A stretch of 64,000 bases of DNA from assembly GCA_964407665.1 (NCBI GenBank), contig CAYOWK010000016.1, positions 13,288 through 77,287 on the forward strand, in the 5' to 3' direction. A program made the position numbers and the translations under genes. Of the stretch, positions 34,085-45,271 are shown one piece after another (within the stretch, counting starts at the first letter, position 1; each line of letters starts with the position of its first letter). The notes beneath the pieces were generated by a model. That model did not search any database. It was not told the DNA's origin and worked only from the letters and a program-made list of their open reading frames with translations. The DNA comes from an uncultured Rhizobium sp. GTDB taxonomy: Bacteria > Pseudomonadota > Alphaproteobacteria > Caulobacterales > Hyphomonadaceae.

Positions 34085-34979
34085 GTTCAGTGAACAGCTC
34101 CATTAGAAGGGCGTGCGGCTTGCGGCCATCCAGGATGACTGCGGCCTCAACGCCCTTTTCCACTGCTTGGATAGCCGTTTCAAGCTTGGGTATCATACCG
34201 CCTTGTGCAGTGCCGTCGGCAATAAGTCCTTTCGCTTCGCCGACCGTCATCTGCTTGATGAGCTGACCGTTCCTGTCGAGCACGCCGGCAATGTCGGTCA
34301 GGAACAGGACTCGCTTGGCTTTCAGGGCGCCCGCGACGGCCCCTGCTGCCGTGTCAGCGTTGATATTGAAGCTGCGGCCGTCCGGCCCCACGCCTACGGG
34401 CGCGACGACGGGGATGAAATCATGCTCCTCCTGAGCCGCGAGCGCCATCAGCACCGAGGGGTCGACCTTGTCAGGTTCGCCCACAAAACCAAGGTCCAGG
34501 ATCTGTTCGATGTTGGAGTCGGGGTCTTTTCGCGTGCGGGTGGCCTTGACCGCTGTCAGCAGGTTCGCGTCTGACCCAGACAGACCCACGGCCTTGCCAC
34601 CGGCCGCGTTGATGGCCCGCACGATGGATTTGTTGATGCCGCCGGCCAGCACCATCTCGACGATCTCCATCGAGGCGGCGTCGGTGACGCGCAGGCCGTC
34701 CTCGAAGCGCGACACAATGCCCAGCTTCTCCAGCATGCGCCCGATCTGGGGGCCGCCGCCGTGAACGATGACCGGGTTCACGCCCAGCAGTTTGAGCAGG
34801 ACCACGTCCTTGGCGAAGATCGCCGACAGTTCCTCGCTCTCCATGGCGTGGCCGCCATACTTGATGACGATGGTCTCGCGATCATATCGCTGGATGAACG
34901 GCAGCGCTTCCGAAAGCGTCTTCGCGGTTGCGAGAGCCTCGGGATTGATCTGGATCGGGGCAGGGGTCTTCTTGTTCAT
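34059..34979 (-). CDS. argB: acetylglutamate kinase
   Basis: [10 protein letters not shown]...[11 protein letters not shown] amino-acid kinase motifs. Confidence 0.9.
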   Translation of the reverse strand: MNKKTPAPIQINPEALATAKTLSEALPFIQRYDRETIVIKYGGHAMESEELSAIFAKDVVLLKLLGVNPVIVHGGGPQIGRMLEKLGIVSRFEDGLRVTDAASMEIVEMVLAGGINKSIVRAINAAGGKAVGLSGSDANLLTAVKATRTRKDPDSNIEQILDLGFVGEPDKVDPSVLMALAAQEEHDFIPVVAPVGVGPDGRSFNINADTAAGAVAGALKAKRVLFLTDIAGVLDRNGQLIKQMTVGEAKGLIADGTAQGGMIPKLETAIQAVEKGVEAAVILDGRKPHALLMELFTEHGAGTLIQ

Positions 34980-35021
34980 GCGCGGCGGTGTAGCGCCTTT
35001 GCATGACGGGATGAAGGGGGC

Positions 35022-36635
35022 TCAATCGTCAGCTGTCTGAGCCGCCTGTTTTTCCCAGAACTCCCGGAATCCGCGGCGCGGATCGTTCACAGCGTTGCTG
35101 GGGTGGCCGAATACCATCGTTGTCCGGTTCGTGGGGTCATAGGCCGGCCAGTGGGGTGTGCGGGCGTTGTTCGGATCGCCGGTTGCGGCAAAGGACGCCC
35201 AGGCTGCGGCGATCTGGTCGGACAGCCTGGCGTTCATCGTATCCGACGCCATCAGCGGGAACCGGTTGTCGTGCATGGAGGGCGAGACGTCCACGCCATG
35301 GGTGGCGCCATAGCGTCCGCCGAACGCTGTGGCGGGCGCTGTCCAGAGATAGGTCCAGACCTTCGCTCCGCCCGCCTGCGCCTTGAGGTCCGCCATCCTG
35401 ATCGCGGACCGGCGGAAGGTGTTGTCGGTGATGGCGCGAGCGTGGACGAGGTAGGGCGTGGCTGCCGGATCCTCGTCCCGGTACATCTGAACGAGACGGT
35501 CGGTTTCTGCTCCGGCCAGCCCGGTCAGCGCCTTCTTCGTATCCGCCCAGGTCATGTCGAAGCGCGCTTCGCGATAGCTGCGCTCGTCCAGCACCGTGCT
35601 CACGATGATCGGTACGCCAGCGGACTCCTGCGGCGCGTCGGGCGAGAAGGGGTGACGCGGGATCGACTGGCCCATCACCGGCGAGAAGGATCGCGGCGCC
35701 TCTCCGGCCGCCCGTTCCGCCGCCTCCACATCCGCCTGGGCGCTGAGCAGCGTGGTGAAGGGGATCGTCTGCAGCTTGCGGATATCCTTCGCGGTCAGGC
35801 CCAGTTTCTTTAGCAACTGGTCGGCCGGAACGGTCGCTGCCTCACGCGTCATCGCTGTCAGGCGCGAGCCGCTCATCACGCCTGCCGCGTGGAACAGGCC
35901 CTTGGCCTCCGGCATCGCCAGCAGGTGGCTGACTTTCGCCCCGCCGCCGGATTGTCCGAAGATCATGACGCGCGACGGATCGCCGCCGAACGCGCCGACA
36001 TTGCGTTTTACCCACTGAAGGCATGCCACCAGATCCTGCATGCCTGCCGCGCCGCTGTCGGCATAGGCTCCGCTGTCGCCCAGATAGAGATAGCCCAGGG
36101 ACGACAGCCGGTGGTTCACCGTGATCACCACGCAGTCGCCGAACCGCGCCAGCATCTCGCCGTCGCCACCCGGAGAGTTGCTGGAGCCGCCATAGAAGCC
36201 GCCGCCATGGAAGCGCACGATCACCGGGCGCTTGGAGGAGGCTTTCGGCTCCGGCGTCCAGAGGTTGAGGACGAGGCAATCCTCGCCCATGCCGCCTGGC
36301 TGGAGGTCGTTGAGGATCAGGTCCGCGTAGGCGCGACGCCGGTCAGCCGGGATCTGCGGGGCGATGTTGCCGTAGTCGAACGCATCGCGCACGCCGGACC
36401 AGGGCTTGAGCGGCTGGGGCGGCAGGAAGCGGTTCTTGCCCGACGTGTCGGCGGCGTAGCGCACGCCCTTGAACACCGCGATTCCGCCGGACGTCACGCC
36501 GCGCAGCTTGCCCTCGGAGGTTTCCACCACCGGGAAGAGGCTGGCCTCGTCGGCCCGCGCGGTCATCCAGTGCGTGGCAAGAAGGGCGGCTGAGCCGGCA
36601 ATGCTCCCGGCCAGCAGGCTGCGGCGGTCGATCAT
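35022..36635 (-). CDS. type-B carboxylesterase/lipase, Tat-secreted
   Basis: FGQSGGG nucleophile elbow. The N-terminal MIDRRSLLAGSIAGSAALLATHWMTARA resembles a twin-arginine signal. Confidence 0.8.
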   Translation of the reverse strand: MIDRRSLLAGSIAGSAALLATHWMTARADEASLFPVVETSEGKLRGVTSGGIAVFKGVRYAADTSGKNRFLPPQPLKPWSGVRDAFDYGNIAPQIPADRRRAYADLILNDLQPGGMGEDCLVLNLWTPEPKASSKRPVIVRFHGGGFYGGSSNSPGGDGEMLARFGDCVVITVNHRLSSLGYLYLGDSGAYADSGAAGMQDLVACLQWVKRNVGAFGGDPSRVMIFGQSGGGAKVSHLLAMPEAKGLFHAAGVMSGSRLTAMTREAATVPADQLLKKLGLTAKDIRKLQTIPFTTLLSAQADVEAAERAAGEAPRSFSPVMGQSIPRHPFSPDAPQESAGVPIIVSTVLDERSYREARFDMTWADTKKALTGLAGAETDRLVQMYRDEDPAATPYLVHARAITDNTFRRSAIRMADLKAQAGGAKVWTYLWTAPATAFGGRYGATHGVDVSPSMHDNRFPLMASDTMNARLSDQIAAAWASFAATGDPNNARTPHWPAYDPTNRTTMVFGHPSNAVNDPRRGFREFWEKQAAQTADD

Positions 36636-36713
36636 GGTGTTTCCCCGGAGACGTTTCTGTTTCCGTCAAGGGGCGTCAGCGCCAGTCTGAAGTCAAGATG
36701 GACTGGAAACGGA

Positions 36714-37541
36714 CTAGTTCTTCAGCCGGTACCCCGTCCGGAACATCCAGCCGATCACCACGAGGCAGACGGCGATGAAGATGCCGACCGCCGCAAGGCT
36801 CCAGGCCACGGGTACATCGCCGGTTCCGAAGAAGGTCCAGCGATAGCCCGACACCAGATAGACGATGGGATTGAACAGCACGATCTGGCGCCACATCGCA
36901 GGCAGCATGTCGAGCGTGTAGAAGACTCCGCCGAGGAAGGTCATCGGCGTCACGATCAGCATCGGGATGAAATTCAGCTGCTCGAAGCTCTGCGCCCAGA
37001 TGCCGATGATGAACCCGAACAGCGAGAAGGCGAAGGCGATCAGGATCAGGAACGCCACCATCCACACCGGATGCTGGATGTGCACGTCCACGAACAGCGT
37101 CGCCGTCGCCAGCGTGATCAGGCCGATGATCACCGACTTGGTCGCGGCCGCCCCGACATAGGCCAGCACGATCTCCAGATACGACACCGGCGCGGAAAGG
37201 ATCTCATAGATCGTGCCGGTGAACTTGGGGAAATAGATGCCGAACGAGGCGTTGAAGATCGACTGCGTGAACAGCGACAGCATGATCAGGCCCGGCACGA
37301 TGAACGAGCCGTAGTCGACCCCGCCGACCTCCTGCATGCGCGAGCCGATAGCGGACCCGAACACCACGAAATAGAGCGCGGTGGTGATCACCGGCGTCGC
37401 AACGCTCTCGCCGATGGTGCGGAAGAAGCGGGCCATCTGGAAGCGGTAGATGGCCCAGACGCCGTAGGCGTTGAAGGCGGGGATCGGGCGGGTGAGGGCG
37501 GCGGGGTCAGCTTTCGCCGCGGTCGAGGATGCATCGGCCAT
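36714..37541 (-). CDS. ABC-2 type transporter permease (NodJ-like)
   Basis: 275 aa, 6 TM. Adjacent to ATPase. Confidence 0.75.
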   Translation of the reverse strand: MADASSTAAKADPAALTRPIPAFNAYGVWAIYRFQMARFFRTIGESVATPVITTALYFVVFGSAIGSRMQEVGGVDYGSFIVPGLIMLSLFTQSIFNASFGIYFPKFTGTIYEILSAPVSYLEIVLAYVGAAATKSVIIGLITLATATLFVDVHIQHPVWMVAFLILIAFAFSLFGFIIGIWAQSFEQLNFIPMLIVTPMTFLGGVFYTLDMLPAMWRQIVLFNPIVYLVSGYRWTFFGTGDVPVAWSLAAVGIFIAVCLVVIGWMFRTGYRLKN

Positions 37542-37552
37542 GGGTGGTCTCC

Positions 37553-38479
37553 TCAGGCGGCTTCGTGGACGAGGCTGACGAAGATTTCCTCGAGCGAGGA
37601 CGAGTGCGTGTCGAGATCGTGGAAGGCGACGCCCAGCTCCGTCAGGCGACGCAGGAGGGAGGTGACGCCGGTGCGTTCGGCATGGGTGTCGAACGTGTAC
37701 TCCAGCAGCCGGCCGTCGTCCGTCAGCGTCAGATCCCAGTCCGAAAGCCCATCGGGCAGGGCGGCGAGCGGCGCCGTCAGCGACAGCACCAGCCGCTTCT
37801 TGCCCAGCTTCTTCATCAGCGTGGCCTTGTCCTCGACGAGGATCAGCTGGCCCTTCTGGATCACGCCCACGCGGTCGGCCATCTCTTCAGCCTCCTCGAT
37901 GTAGTGGGTGGTCAGGATGATGGTGACCCCGCGCTCGCGCATCTTGCGCACCAGCGTCCACATGTCCCGCCGCAGCTCCACGTCAACCCCTGCCGTGGGC
38001 TCGTCAAGGAACAGAACCTCGGGCTCGTGGATCAGCGCCTTGGCGATCAGCACACGCCGCTTCATGCCGCCGGACAGCGCCATCAGCTTGGCTTTGCGCT
38101 TGTCCCAAAGGGAGAGGTCTTTCAGGACTTCCTCGACCTTGGCGGCGTTCGGAGCCATGCCGAACAGGCCACGCGAGAACGAGACGACGTCCCAGACGGT
38201 CTCGAACATGTCGATGTGCATTTCCTGCGGAACGAGGCCGATCAGGGTGCGGGTCGTGCGGAAGTCCTTGTGGATGTCATGGCCGGCGACGCTCACCGTG
38301 CCCGAGGAGGGCGTGACGATCCCGCAGATGGCGTTGATCAGCGTCGATTTGCCCGCGCCATTGGGGCCGAGCAGGGCGAAGATCTCGCCCTTTTCGATAT
38401 CGAGGTTGATGTCCTTCAGGGCCTGGTGGCCGCCCTTGTAGGTCTTGGTGAGGCCCCGCACCGATAGAACTGGCGCCAT
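37553..38479 (-). CDS. ABC transporter ATP-binding protein (NodI-like)
   Basis: Walker [10 protein letters not shown], signature LSGGMKRR, Walker B LFLDEPT. Confidence 0.85.
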   Translation of the reverse strand: MAPVLSVRGLTKTYKGGHQALKDINLDIEKGEIFALLGPNGAGKSTLINAICGIVTPSSGTVSVAGHDIHKDFRTTRTLIGLVPQEMHIDMFETVWDVVSFSRGLFGMAPNAAKVEEVLKDLSLWDKRKAKLMALSGGMKRRVLIAKALIHEPEVLFLDEPTAGVDVELRRDMWTLVRKMRERGVTIILTTHYIEEAEEMADRVGVIQKGQLILVEDKATLMKKLGKKRLVLSLTAPLAALPDGLSDWDLTLTDDGRLLEYTFDTHAERTGVTSLLRRLTELGVAFHDLDTHSSSLEEIFVSLVHEAA

Positions 38480-38600
38480 GTCCCTGATCCCCTGCCGGTT
38501 TGCCGCACCCCACGCGTTGTCGCCATGTGGGCGCGGCGCCGCATCGTGTCCAGTAGGACGGTTCAGAAAGTGGGAGACCGACAGGCGCGGCGGGAAGAAT

Positions 38601-39239
38601 TCAACCCAGCTTCAGGATTTCCGCGCGCAGCTCGGCGATGCCCATCTCCTTCTCGGAGGATGTGGTCATCACGATGGGGTGGGCCGCGGGATGCTTCTTC
38701 AGGGCCGTCACCGTGGCCGCCTTCAGCGGTTCGATCTCGGATGTCCTCAGCTTGTCGATCTTGGTCAGCACGACCTGATAGGTCACGGCCGACTTGTCGA
38801 ACTGGCCCATGATGCCCCGGTCGACATCGGTGATGCCACGGCGGCTGTCGATCAGCAGGAACACGCGCTTCAGGGTCACGCGGCCGCGCAGGTAGTCGAG
38901 CGTCAGGCGGCTCCAGGCGTCCACTGACGCCTTGGGGGCTTCGGCGAAGCCATAGCCGGGAAGGTCGACGATGTAGAACTTGCCTTCGCCGAGGTCGAAG
39001 AAGTTCAGCTCCTGCGTCCGGCCCGGCGTGTTGGAGGTGCGGGCGAGGTTCTTCCGGTTGGTCAGGGCGTTGATCAGGCTGGATTTGCCGACGTTGGAGC
39101 GTCCGGCAAAGGCAATCTCTGGACGGTCGGCGTCCGGAAGGTGCTGCAGGGCCACCACGCCTTTGACGAAATCCACCGGCCCCGCGAACAGCTTGCGCGC
39201 GGTTTCGAGTTCCTCAGGGGTGTAGGCCGGTGCGGTCAT
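38601..39239 (-). CDS. engB: ribosome biogenesis GTP-binding protein YsxC/EngB
   Basis: [15 protein letters not shown]1 motif. Conserved position after yidC. Confidence 0.85.
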   Translation of the reverse strand: MTAPAYTPEELETARKLFAGPVDFVKGVVALQHLPDADRPEIAFAGRSNVGKSSLINALTNRKNLARTSNTPGRTQELNFFDLGEGKFYIVDLPGYGFAEAPKASVDAWSRLTLDYLRGRVTLKRVFLLIDSRRGITDVDRGIMGQFDKSAVTYQVVLTKIDKLRTSEIEPLKAATVTALKKHPAAHPIVMTTSSEKEMGIAELRAEILKLG

Positions 39240-39327
39240 CGCAGTTCAGTTCCGATTTGACCCGGTCCACGCTCGCGGAACCGGGCCGATTATCGCGATC
39301 CGGACATGGATCCGGATCGCGATCCGC

Positions 39328-41112
39328 TCAACCCGCCTCGGCCTTCTTGCCGAACCGTTTGGCCAGGAACTTGTCGAACTCGGTTTCCACGCCGTTCTTC
39401 CGCATGATGTAGTACTGCTGGAAGATCGTGATGAAGTTCGACCAGGTCCAGTAGATGGCCAGACCGGCCGCAACGCCTGCGAACAGCAGCAGGAAGACCA
39501 GCGGCAGGAACTGCATGATCATCTTCTGCGTCGGATCGGTCGGCGGCGTCGACATGCCCTGCAGCGCCCACATCGTGGCTCCGTAGAGGATCGGCCAGAT
39601 GCCGATCATCAGAAAGTCGCCGACAAACGGCAGCTTCGAGGGATCCCAGGGGATCAGGCCGAACAGGTTGAAGATCGTCGTGGGGTCGCGCGCGGACATG
39701 TCCTGCACCCAGCCGAAGAACGGCTCGTGCCGCATCTCAAGCGCCACCATCAGCACGTGATAGAGCGCGTAGAACACGAAGATCTGCGGGATCATCGGAA
39801 GGCAGCCGGCGAGCGGGTTCACCTTCTCGCGCTGGTAGAGCTTCATGATCTCCTGCTGCTGGCGCGCGCGGTCGGCGGCGAAGCGCTCCTGGATTTCCTT
39901 CTGCTCCGGGATCAGCTTCCGCATCTTCGACATCGACTCGTACATCTTCATCTGCACGGGGAAGAAGACGGCCTTCACAACGACAGTGGTGGCGAGGATG
40001 GCGAGGCCGAACGAGCCGAACCAGCTCTGGAACAGCTGCAGCATCCAGAAGAAGGGCTTGGTGATGAACCACAGCCACGACCAGTCGACCGCGTCGGTGA
40101 AGGAGGGGATGCCCGACTTCTCGTAGTTGTCGAGCACCGACACGCGCTTGGCGCCGGCGAAGATGCGGTTGGTGGAGGTGATGGACTGGCCCGGAGCGAC
40201 CGTGAAGGTCGAGCCGGAATACCCGGCCTGGAATGTGAACTGGCCGTTGGCGTTGAGTACCGAGGCGCGCATGTCGACCGGCTGGCCTTGCTCGGGGATG
40301 ACGGCCGCCATCCAGTATTTCGTGGTCAGGCCAATCCAGCCAGCGGACGCGGCTTCGAGCACGCCCTTGCCCTTGGAGAGGTCCGAGTACTTGGTCATCT
40401 GGTTCTTCTTGGGGCCATAGACCCCGATGACGCCGGCGTGGGCCTGCGGCGGCGGCTTCAGGTGGTCGGGAAGCTGGCGTTGCCGCAGCACCGCGACCGG
40501 CTGCACGTTGAGCGAGGCCGCGCCTGTGTTGGTGACGGTGTCCGTCACGGTAAACATGTAGTTGGCGTCAATCGCGATGGTGCGGTCGATGCGGACGTCC
40601 GTGCCGGTGAACTGCAGCTTCAGCGGATTGGTGTCGCTCAGCGCTCCGGCGCCGGTCTGGGTCCAGGTCGACGATTCCGTCGGCAGGCCGGGCGCGCCCA
40701 GCCAGTTGACCACCGCATAGAAGGCGTCAGATGCGCCCTCGGGAGCCAGCACGCCGACTTCGCCGGCCTTGCTGCGGGCCTTCTTGTCTTCAACCGTCTC
40801 GTAGAAGCTCTTCAGCGACACGTCGTCGATGCGCGCGCCGCGCAGGGAGATCGAGCCGTCAATGGCGGGGGCGTCGATGGCGACGCGGGCTCCGGCGCCC
40901 TGGTCTTCCTGCACGATCTCCTCGGCGGAGCGCGGAGCGAGCGCAACGACGGGCGCTTGCGGGTTGGCCACCTGCTGTTCGGCGATCTGGCGCTGGCGAA
41001 GCTGCTGCTGTGCGCGCTGCTGCGGCTCCAGCACGAAGATCTGCCAGATGAACATGAGACCGACCACGAGGACGATCGCCAGCAGGAGGTTTCGCTGGTC
41101 GCTCTTTTCCAT
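39328..41112 (-). CDS. yidC: membrane protein insertase YidC
   Basis: 594 aa. N-terminal TM plus large periplasmic domain plus C-terminal 5-TM core. Confidence 0.9.
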   Translation of the reverse strand: MEKSDQRNLLLAIVLVVGLMFIWQIFVLEPQQRAQQQLRQRQIAEQQVANPQAPVVALAPRSAEEIVQEDQGAGARVAIDAPAIDGSISLRGARIDDVSLKSFYETVEDKKARSKAGEVGVLAPEGASDAFYAVVNWLGAPGLPTESSTWTQTGAGALSDTNPLKLQFTGTDVRIDRTIAIDANYMFTVTDTVTNTGAASLNVQPVAVLRQRQLPDHLKPPPQAHAGVIGVYGPKKNQMTKYSDLSKGKGVLEAASAGWIGLTTKYWMAAVIPEQGQPVDMRASVLNANGQFTFQAGYSGSTFTVAPGQSITSTNRIFAGAKRVSVLDNYEKSGIPSFTDAVDWSWLWFITKPFFWMLQLFQSWFGSFGLAILATTVVVKAVFFPVQMKMYESMSKMRKLIPEQKEIQERFAADRARQQQEIMKLYQREKVNPLAGCLPMIPQIFVFYALYHVLMVALEMRHEPFFGWVQDMSARDPTTIFNLFGLIPWDPSKLPFVGDFLMIGIWPILYGATMWALQGMSTPPTDPTQKMIMQFLPLVFLLLFAGVAAGLAIYWTWSNFITIFQQYYIMRKNGVETEFDKFLAKRFGKKAEAG

Positions 41113-41115
41113 AGG

Positions 41116-41556
41116 TCAGGCCTTCGATTTCGTTGGACGTGGCCCACGCGGCCGGTCCCGGTTGCCCGGATTGTTGTCTTCGCCAGCAGCGAGCCGGCGG
41201 CGGAGGCTTACCAATGCGCTTTCCACATCGTCAAGCAAACGCCCCCACGGGCACTCGGCCGTGTCGAGACGTGCAATGAAGACATAGTCGACGCCGGCCA
41301 CCCCGGACCGGGGCAGCAGGGCTCGCACGGCCTCGCGCAATCGCCGGCGCGCGCGGTTGCGCACAACGGCCCCGCCAATCTTCTTGGTGGAGGTAAAGCC
41401 GGCTCCGGCCTCTGGCCGGGGCAGCGTACGCACACGGGCCTGAACAACGACGTTGCGTCTGCGTTCAGCGACCCCCTGCGCTACATGCAGGAATTCGCGA
41501 CGCACACGCAGACGTTCGATGCGGAGACCCGCACCGTCGCTGTCACTGGCAGGCAA
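41116..41556 (-). CDS. rnpA: ribonuclease P protein component
   Basis: RnpA-like basic sequence (RLRVRREFLHVAQG...FTSTKKIGGAVVRNRARRRLREA). Start assigned to in-frame TTG 41554-41556. The track ORF runs through rpmH and is rejected upstream of that. Confidence 0.6.
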   Translation of the reverse strand: MPASDSDGAGLRIERLRVRREFLHVAQGVAERRRNVVVQARVRTLPRPEAGAGFTSTKKIGGAVVRNRARRRLREAVRALLPRSGVAGVDYVFIARLDTAECPWGRLLDDVESALVSLRRRLAAGEDNNPGNRDRPRGPRPTKSKA

Positions 41557-41567
41557 GATCGCAGGAT

Positions 41568-41708
41568 CTAGGCGCTGAGCTTCTTGCGGCCCTTGGCGCG
41601 GCGGCGAGCCAGCACCTTCCGGCCGTTCTTGGTCGCCATGCGCGCGCGAAATCCATGGCGCCGCTTGCGCTTCAGGTTGCTCGGCTGAAATGTCCGTTTT
41701 GTGGACAC
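41568..41708 (-). CDS. rpmH: 50S ribosomal protein L34
   Basis: Translation (V)[48 protein letters not shown] start. Not in the ORF track (too short). Confidence 0.8.
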   Translation of the reverse strand: MSTKRTFQPSNLKRKRRHGFRARMATKNGRKVLARRRAKGRKKLSA

Positions 41709-41974
41709 GGGTCACGCCCCTTTTATCCTTTGGAAGGGGGGCGCGATAACCCGGCCTGTCACACCCGTCAAGCAGTTCATTCAAAACCGCCCCCGATCGT
41801 TTGAGCTTACGATTAGGCGCCCTGACCGAAAAACGATAAAGAGCATTACGAAACGCGACGGAATCGGTCGTAGCGGAAGTTCAAAAAGCCACAAGATCGC
41901 GGCCGGAGCCTGGCTCTCGAGACTCGCGCAAGGGAAACGTCTGGGGACTCGCATACTCAGGAAGACGCCACACG

Positions 41975-43401
41975 ATGCGGTTGAAGCGTCGCGGCCCGTC
42001 CGCAGCGGCGGGCCTGCGTTCTTTACCGGGCTGCGCGGCCGCCTGCTGTTTCTGACCGTTGTTTTCGTCCTGTTCTCCGAACTCCTGATCTATCCGCTTC
42101 TGGCCGCCGGGTACCGCAATACGTGGCTGCGCGAGCGGGGGCAGGCCGCCGAGATCGCCTCGCTGGCGGTCAAGGCGGCGCCGGACGGCCGCGTCAGCGA
42201 GGAGATGTCGAGGGATCTGCTGGCCCGCGCCCAGGTCGTGGCGGTCGCCGTCACGGGGCCGGACTACCGCGAACTGGTGCTGGCCCCGTCTGTTCCGATC
42301 AGTGGCCCCATCGTCACCATAGACCTTCGCGAGCAACAGGGCTTCGTCGCGGTGTCCCAGGCCGTCCAGAACCTGTTCTCGCCGCCCGGCCGATTCCTGC
42401 AGGTCCTGTTCGACCCCGAAATGACCGTCGACGAGGAGATGGAGGTCATCATCCCCGAGGACGCCCTGCGCGAGCGTCTGGCCGTCTATTCGCGCAACTT
42501 GCTGGTCATCTCGATCATCACCTCCATTGTCGTCGGCGCGCTGGTCTATTTTGCGATCTATGGCCTCGTGGTGCGCCCCATGAAGGATCTGACCCGCTCG
42601 GTCATCCGCTTCGGAGAGGCGCCCGAGGGCGAGCACATCGACTTCAGCCCCGGCGGCAGCGACGAGATGCGCCGCGCCCGCGAGGCCCTGAAGGCCATGC
42701 AGGAAACCGTCTCGACCTCGTTCCGGCAGCGCAAGCGGCTTGCCGAGCTCGGCGAGTCCGTCGCCAAGATCAACCACGACCTGCGCAACTCTCTGACCAC
42801 CGCCCAGCTGGTCTCGGAGAGTCTCTCCCAGTCCGACGACCCGCGCGTGCGCCGCGCCGCGCCGCGGCTGGAACGGGCCATTCAGCGCGCTGCCGCTCTC
42901 GCGGAAGCCACACTGAAATTTGGACGGGCGGAACCGCAGGCTCCGAAGATCCAGACGGTCGACGCCGCCGCCATCGTCAACGAGGCCGCCGAAGAAGTCA
43001 TTGAGGGCTGGCCGGGCATAAGCTGGAAACTGGAAGGGCAGGCGTCTGCGCTGGCGTCAATCGATCCGGATCAGCTGTTCCGCATCATCGTCAACCTCAC
43101 GCGCAACGCCGCCCAGGCGCTGGCGGACAGGCCATCTGGCGCAGCGGGCGGCGAGATCACGGGCCGCATCCAGCGCAAGGGCGACCGCCTCTGCATCGAG
43201 ATCGCGGACAATGGTCCCGGCATCGCGCCGCGCATCGCCACGCGGCTGTTCCAGCCCTTCTCCGGCAGCGCCGCCCGTGACGGCACCGGCCTTGGTCTCG
43301 CCATCTCCCGCGAGCTCGCGCAGGGCATGAACGGCGATCTCGTGCTGACCCGCTCCTGCGAGACAGGGGCGACGTTCACGCTGACGATACCGGCGGCGTA
43401 G
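41975..43401 (+). CDS. two-component sensor histidine kinase (2 TM, HisKA, HATPase_c), start/frame ambiguous
   Basis: Kinase body frame (TM1 LRGRLLFLTVVFVLF from ~42040). H-box KINHDLRNSL. G-boxes DNGPGI / GTGLGLAI. There is no in-frame ATG/GTG/TTG between rpmH and TM1. The nearest ATG (41975) is in the +1 frame and terminates at ~42053 (see findings). Confidence 0.6.
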
Positions 43402-43409
43402 GCGAGGGG

Positions 43410-45182
43410 CTACTTCACTGCCTCGACCGCAACGCCTTCGCGCCGCTTGTCGGAGCCGCCTTCATACTTGCCGTCGCGCGCCACGATCACGTTCAGGCCG
43501 GAGACTTCGCCTGTCACCTCCTGAACCTTGAAGCCCGCGTCAGACAGCATCTTCGACCACACCTTGCCGGTTGCGTTGGGGCCGGCTGTGGAGTCCGACG
43601 TTTCGACGCGGACGGTCTGGCCGCGCGCGATGACGTTGGGCAGGTCGACGGCCTCCTGGGCGGTCTTGCCCCAGTCGATGACGGCCGCGAGGGTCTTGGC
43701 TGTGTAGCCGATGATCGAGTTGCCGCCCGGCGATCCGGTCACCATGAACAGCTCGCCCCTGCTGTCGAAGACGATGGTGGGGGACATCGACGAGCGTGGG
43801 CGCTTGCCCGGCGCCGGAGCGTTCGCGACCGGCTTGCCGTTGAGTTCGGCCACGCGCGAGAAGTCGGTGAGCTCGTTGTTGAGCAGGAAGCCGCTGGCCC
43901 AGCGTGAGGAGCCGAAACCGCTTTCGACCGTGGCGGTGAACGAGACGGCGTTGCCCTGGTAGTCTACGAACGACATGTGCGTGGTGCCCGCCTGCGCGTC
44001 GTTGGTCTCGCGGCCCCACATGCCGATCACCGGCTTGCCGTGCAGCACCTGACCCGGGTCGCCCGGCTGCGGAGCGTCGCCCGGCTTGAAGCCCGAGGCG
44101 GCGCGTGCGGCCAGGTATTTCGGGTTCATCAGGTCGGCGACCGGGACCGTCACGAAGGCGGCGTCGGCGACATAGTGATCGCGGTCGGCGTAGGCGAGCT
44201 GGTTGGCCAGCACGAAATCACGCAGCTTGTCCGGCTCGCTGGCCGCGCCGCTGGCTTTGGTGAGGGCGTCATAGAGGCCCATCGTCTGGTTCATCGCAAC
44301 GCCGCCCGAAGACGAGGGCGGGGCCGAGCAGATGGTGTAGTCGCGGAACGGTCCGCACAGCGCCGGTACGACCCGCGCCTTGTAGCTGGCCAGATCCTGA
44401 AGCGACAGCACGCCCGGGTTGTCGCCTGACTGTGTGGCGGCCACGATGCTCTGCGCGATCGGACCCGAATAGAAAGCGGAAGGACCTTCGCTGGCCACGC
44501 GCTTGAGGGTGGCGGCATAGTCGGCGTTGGTGCGTACATCGCCCACCGCCAGCGTCTTGCCGTTGGGATAGAAGTAGGGGCCCGCCTTCGGGTCCTTCGA
44601 CAGCTGGCCCTTGCTGAAACGGGCGCTCTCCAGCGATTTCGACAGCCGGGACGAGACCACGAAACCCTTGTCGGCCAGGCCGATGGCCGCCTCGAAGTTC
44701 GAGGCCCAGGGGCGCGCGCCGAACCGGTCGTGGGCTTCCTTGTAGAGCGCCACGGCGCCCGGCGTACCCACCGAGCGGCCGGACCAGATAGACGACCCGA
44801 AATCCATGACCTTGCCGTCCTTCATGAACAGGTCGGGCGTCGCGGCCGCCGGGGCTGTTTCGCGCCCGTCGAACACGGTCGTCGTGCCGGATTTGCGGTC
44901 GTAGACCACCATGTAGCCGCCGCCGCCGAGGCCGGAACTCTGAGGCTCGACCAGCCCCAGCACGGCGTGGGCGGCGATCGCGGCGTCAACGGCCGTTCCG
45001 CCCGCCTTCATCGCGGCGAGCGCGGCTTCGACTGCGCGGGGGTCGGCGGCTGCGGCCATCGCCCGGCCTTCGAGGCGCCACGGGCCTGTATTTGCTGGCG
45101 TTTCCGTGGTCTGGGGCGAGGCTGCGCACCCGGCGAGCACGCCTGCAAACGCAAGGAAGGCCAGGGAATGGGCTGGACGCAT
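43410..45182 (-). CDS. ggt: gamma-glutamyltransferase, lipoprotein
   Basis: Catalytic TTHMSFVD and GGGGYMVV motifs. Start set at ATG 45180-45182 (MRPAHSLAFLAFAGVLAGC lipobox), not 45248. Confidence 0.8.
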   Translation of the reverse strand: MRPAHSLAFLAFAGVLAGCAASPQTTETPANTGPWRLEGRAMAAAADPRAVEAALAAMKAGGTAVDAAIAAHAVLGLVEPQSSGLGGGGYMVVYDRKSGTTTVFDGRETAPAAATPDLFMKDGKVMDFGSSIWSGRSVGTPGAVALYKEAHDRFGARPWASNFEAAIGLADKGFVVSSRLSKSLESARFSKGQLSKDPKAGPYFYPNGKTLAVGDVRTNADYAATLKRVASEGPSAFYSGPIAQSIVAATQSGDNPGVLSLQDLASYKARVVPALCGPFRDYTICSAPPSSSGGVAMNQTMGLYDALTKASGAASEPDKLRDFVLANQLAYADRDHYVADAAFVTVPVADLMNPKYLAARAASGFKPGDAPQPGDPGQVLHGKPVIGMWGRETNDAQAGTTHMSFVDYQGNAVSFTATVESGFGSSRWASGFLLNNELTDFSRVAELNGKPVANAPAPGKRPRSSMSPTIVFDSRGELFMVTGSPGGNSIIGYTAKTLAAVIDWGKTAQEAVDLPNVIARGQTVRVETSDSTAGPNATGKVWSKMLSDAGFKVQEVTGEVSGLNVIVARDGKYEGGSDKRREGVAVEAVK

Positions 45183-45271
45183 GAGAGTTGGCTTCCCGTG
45201 TTGCAACGCTGAACGCAGGCGTCGATATAGGCCCTGCCGGTCGATCACGGAACCGTAAACAGGAACATCTC

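Noticed and set aside
41112-41116. Absence of yidD between rnpA and yidC as a possible deletion
   Set aside because: yidD is frequently located elsewhere or fused in alphaproteobacteria. The 4-bp junction shows no sign of a remnant, so this is not informative.
41116-41784. 222-aa rnpA track ORF extending through rpmH and beyond
   Set aside because: The 5' part overlaps the L34 gene in another frame and the rpmH promoter region. RnpA homology begins ~41556.
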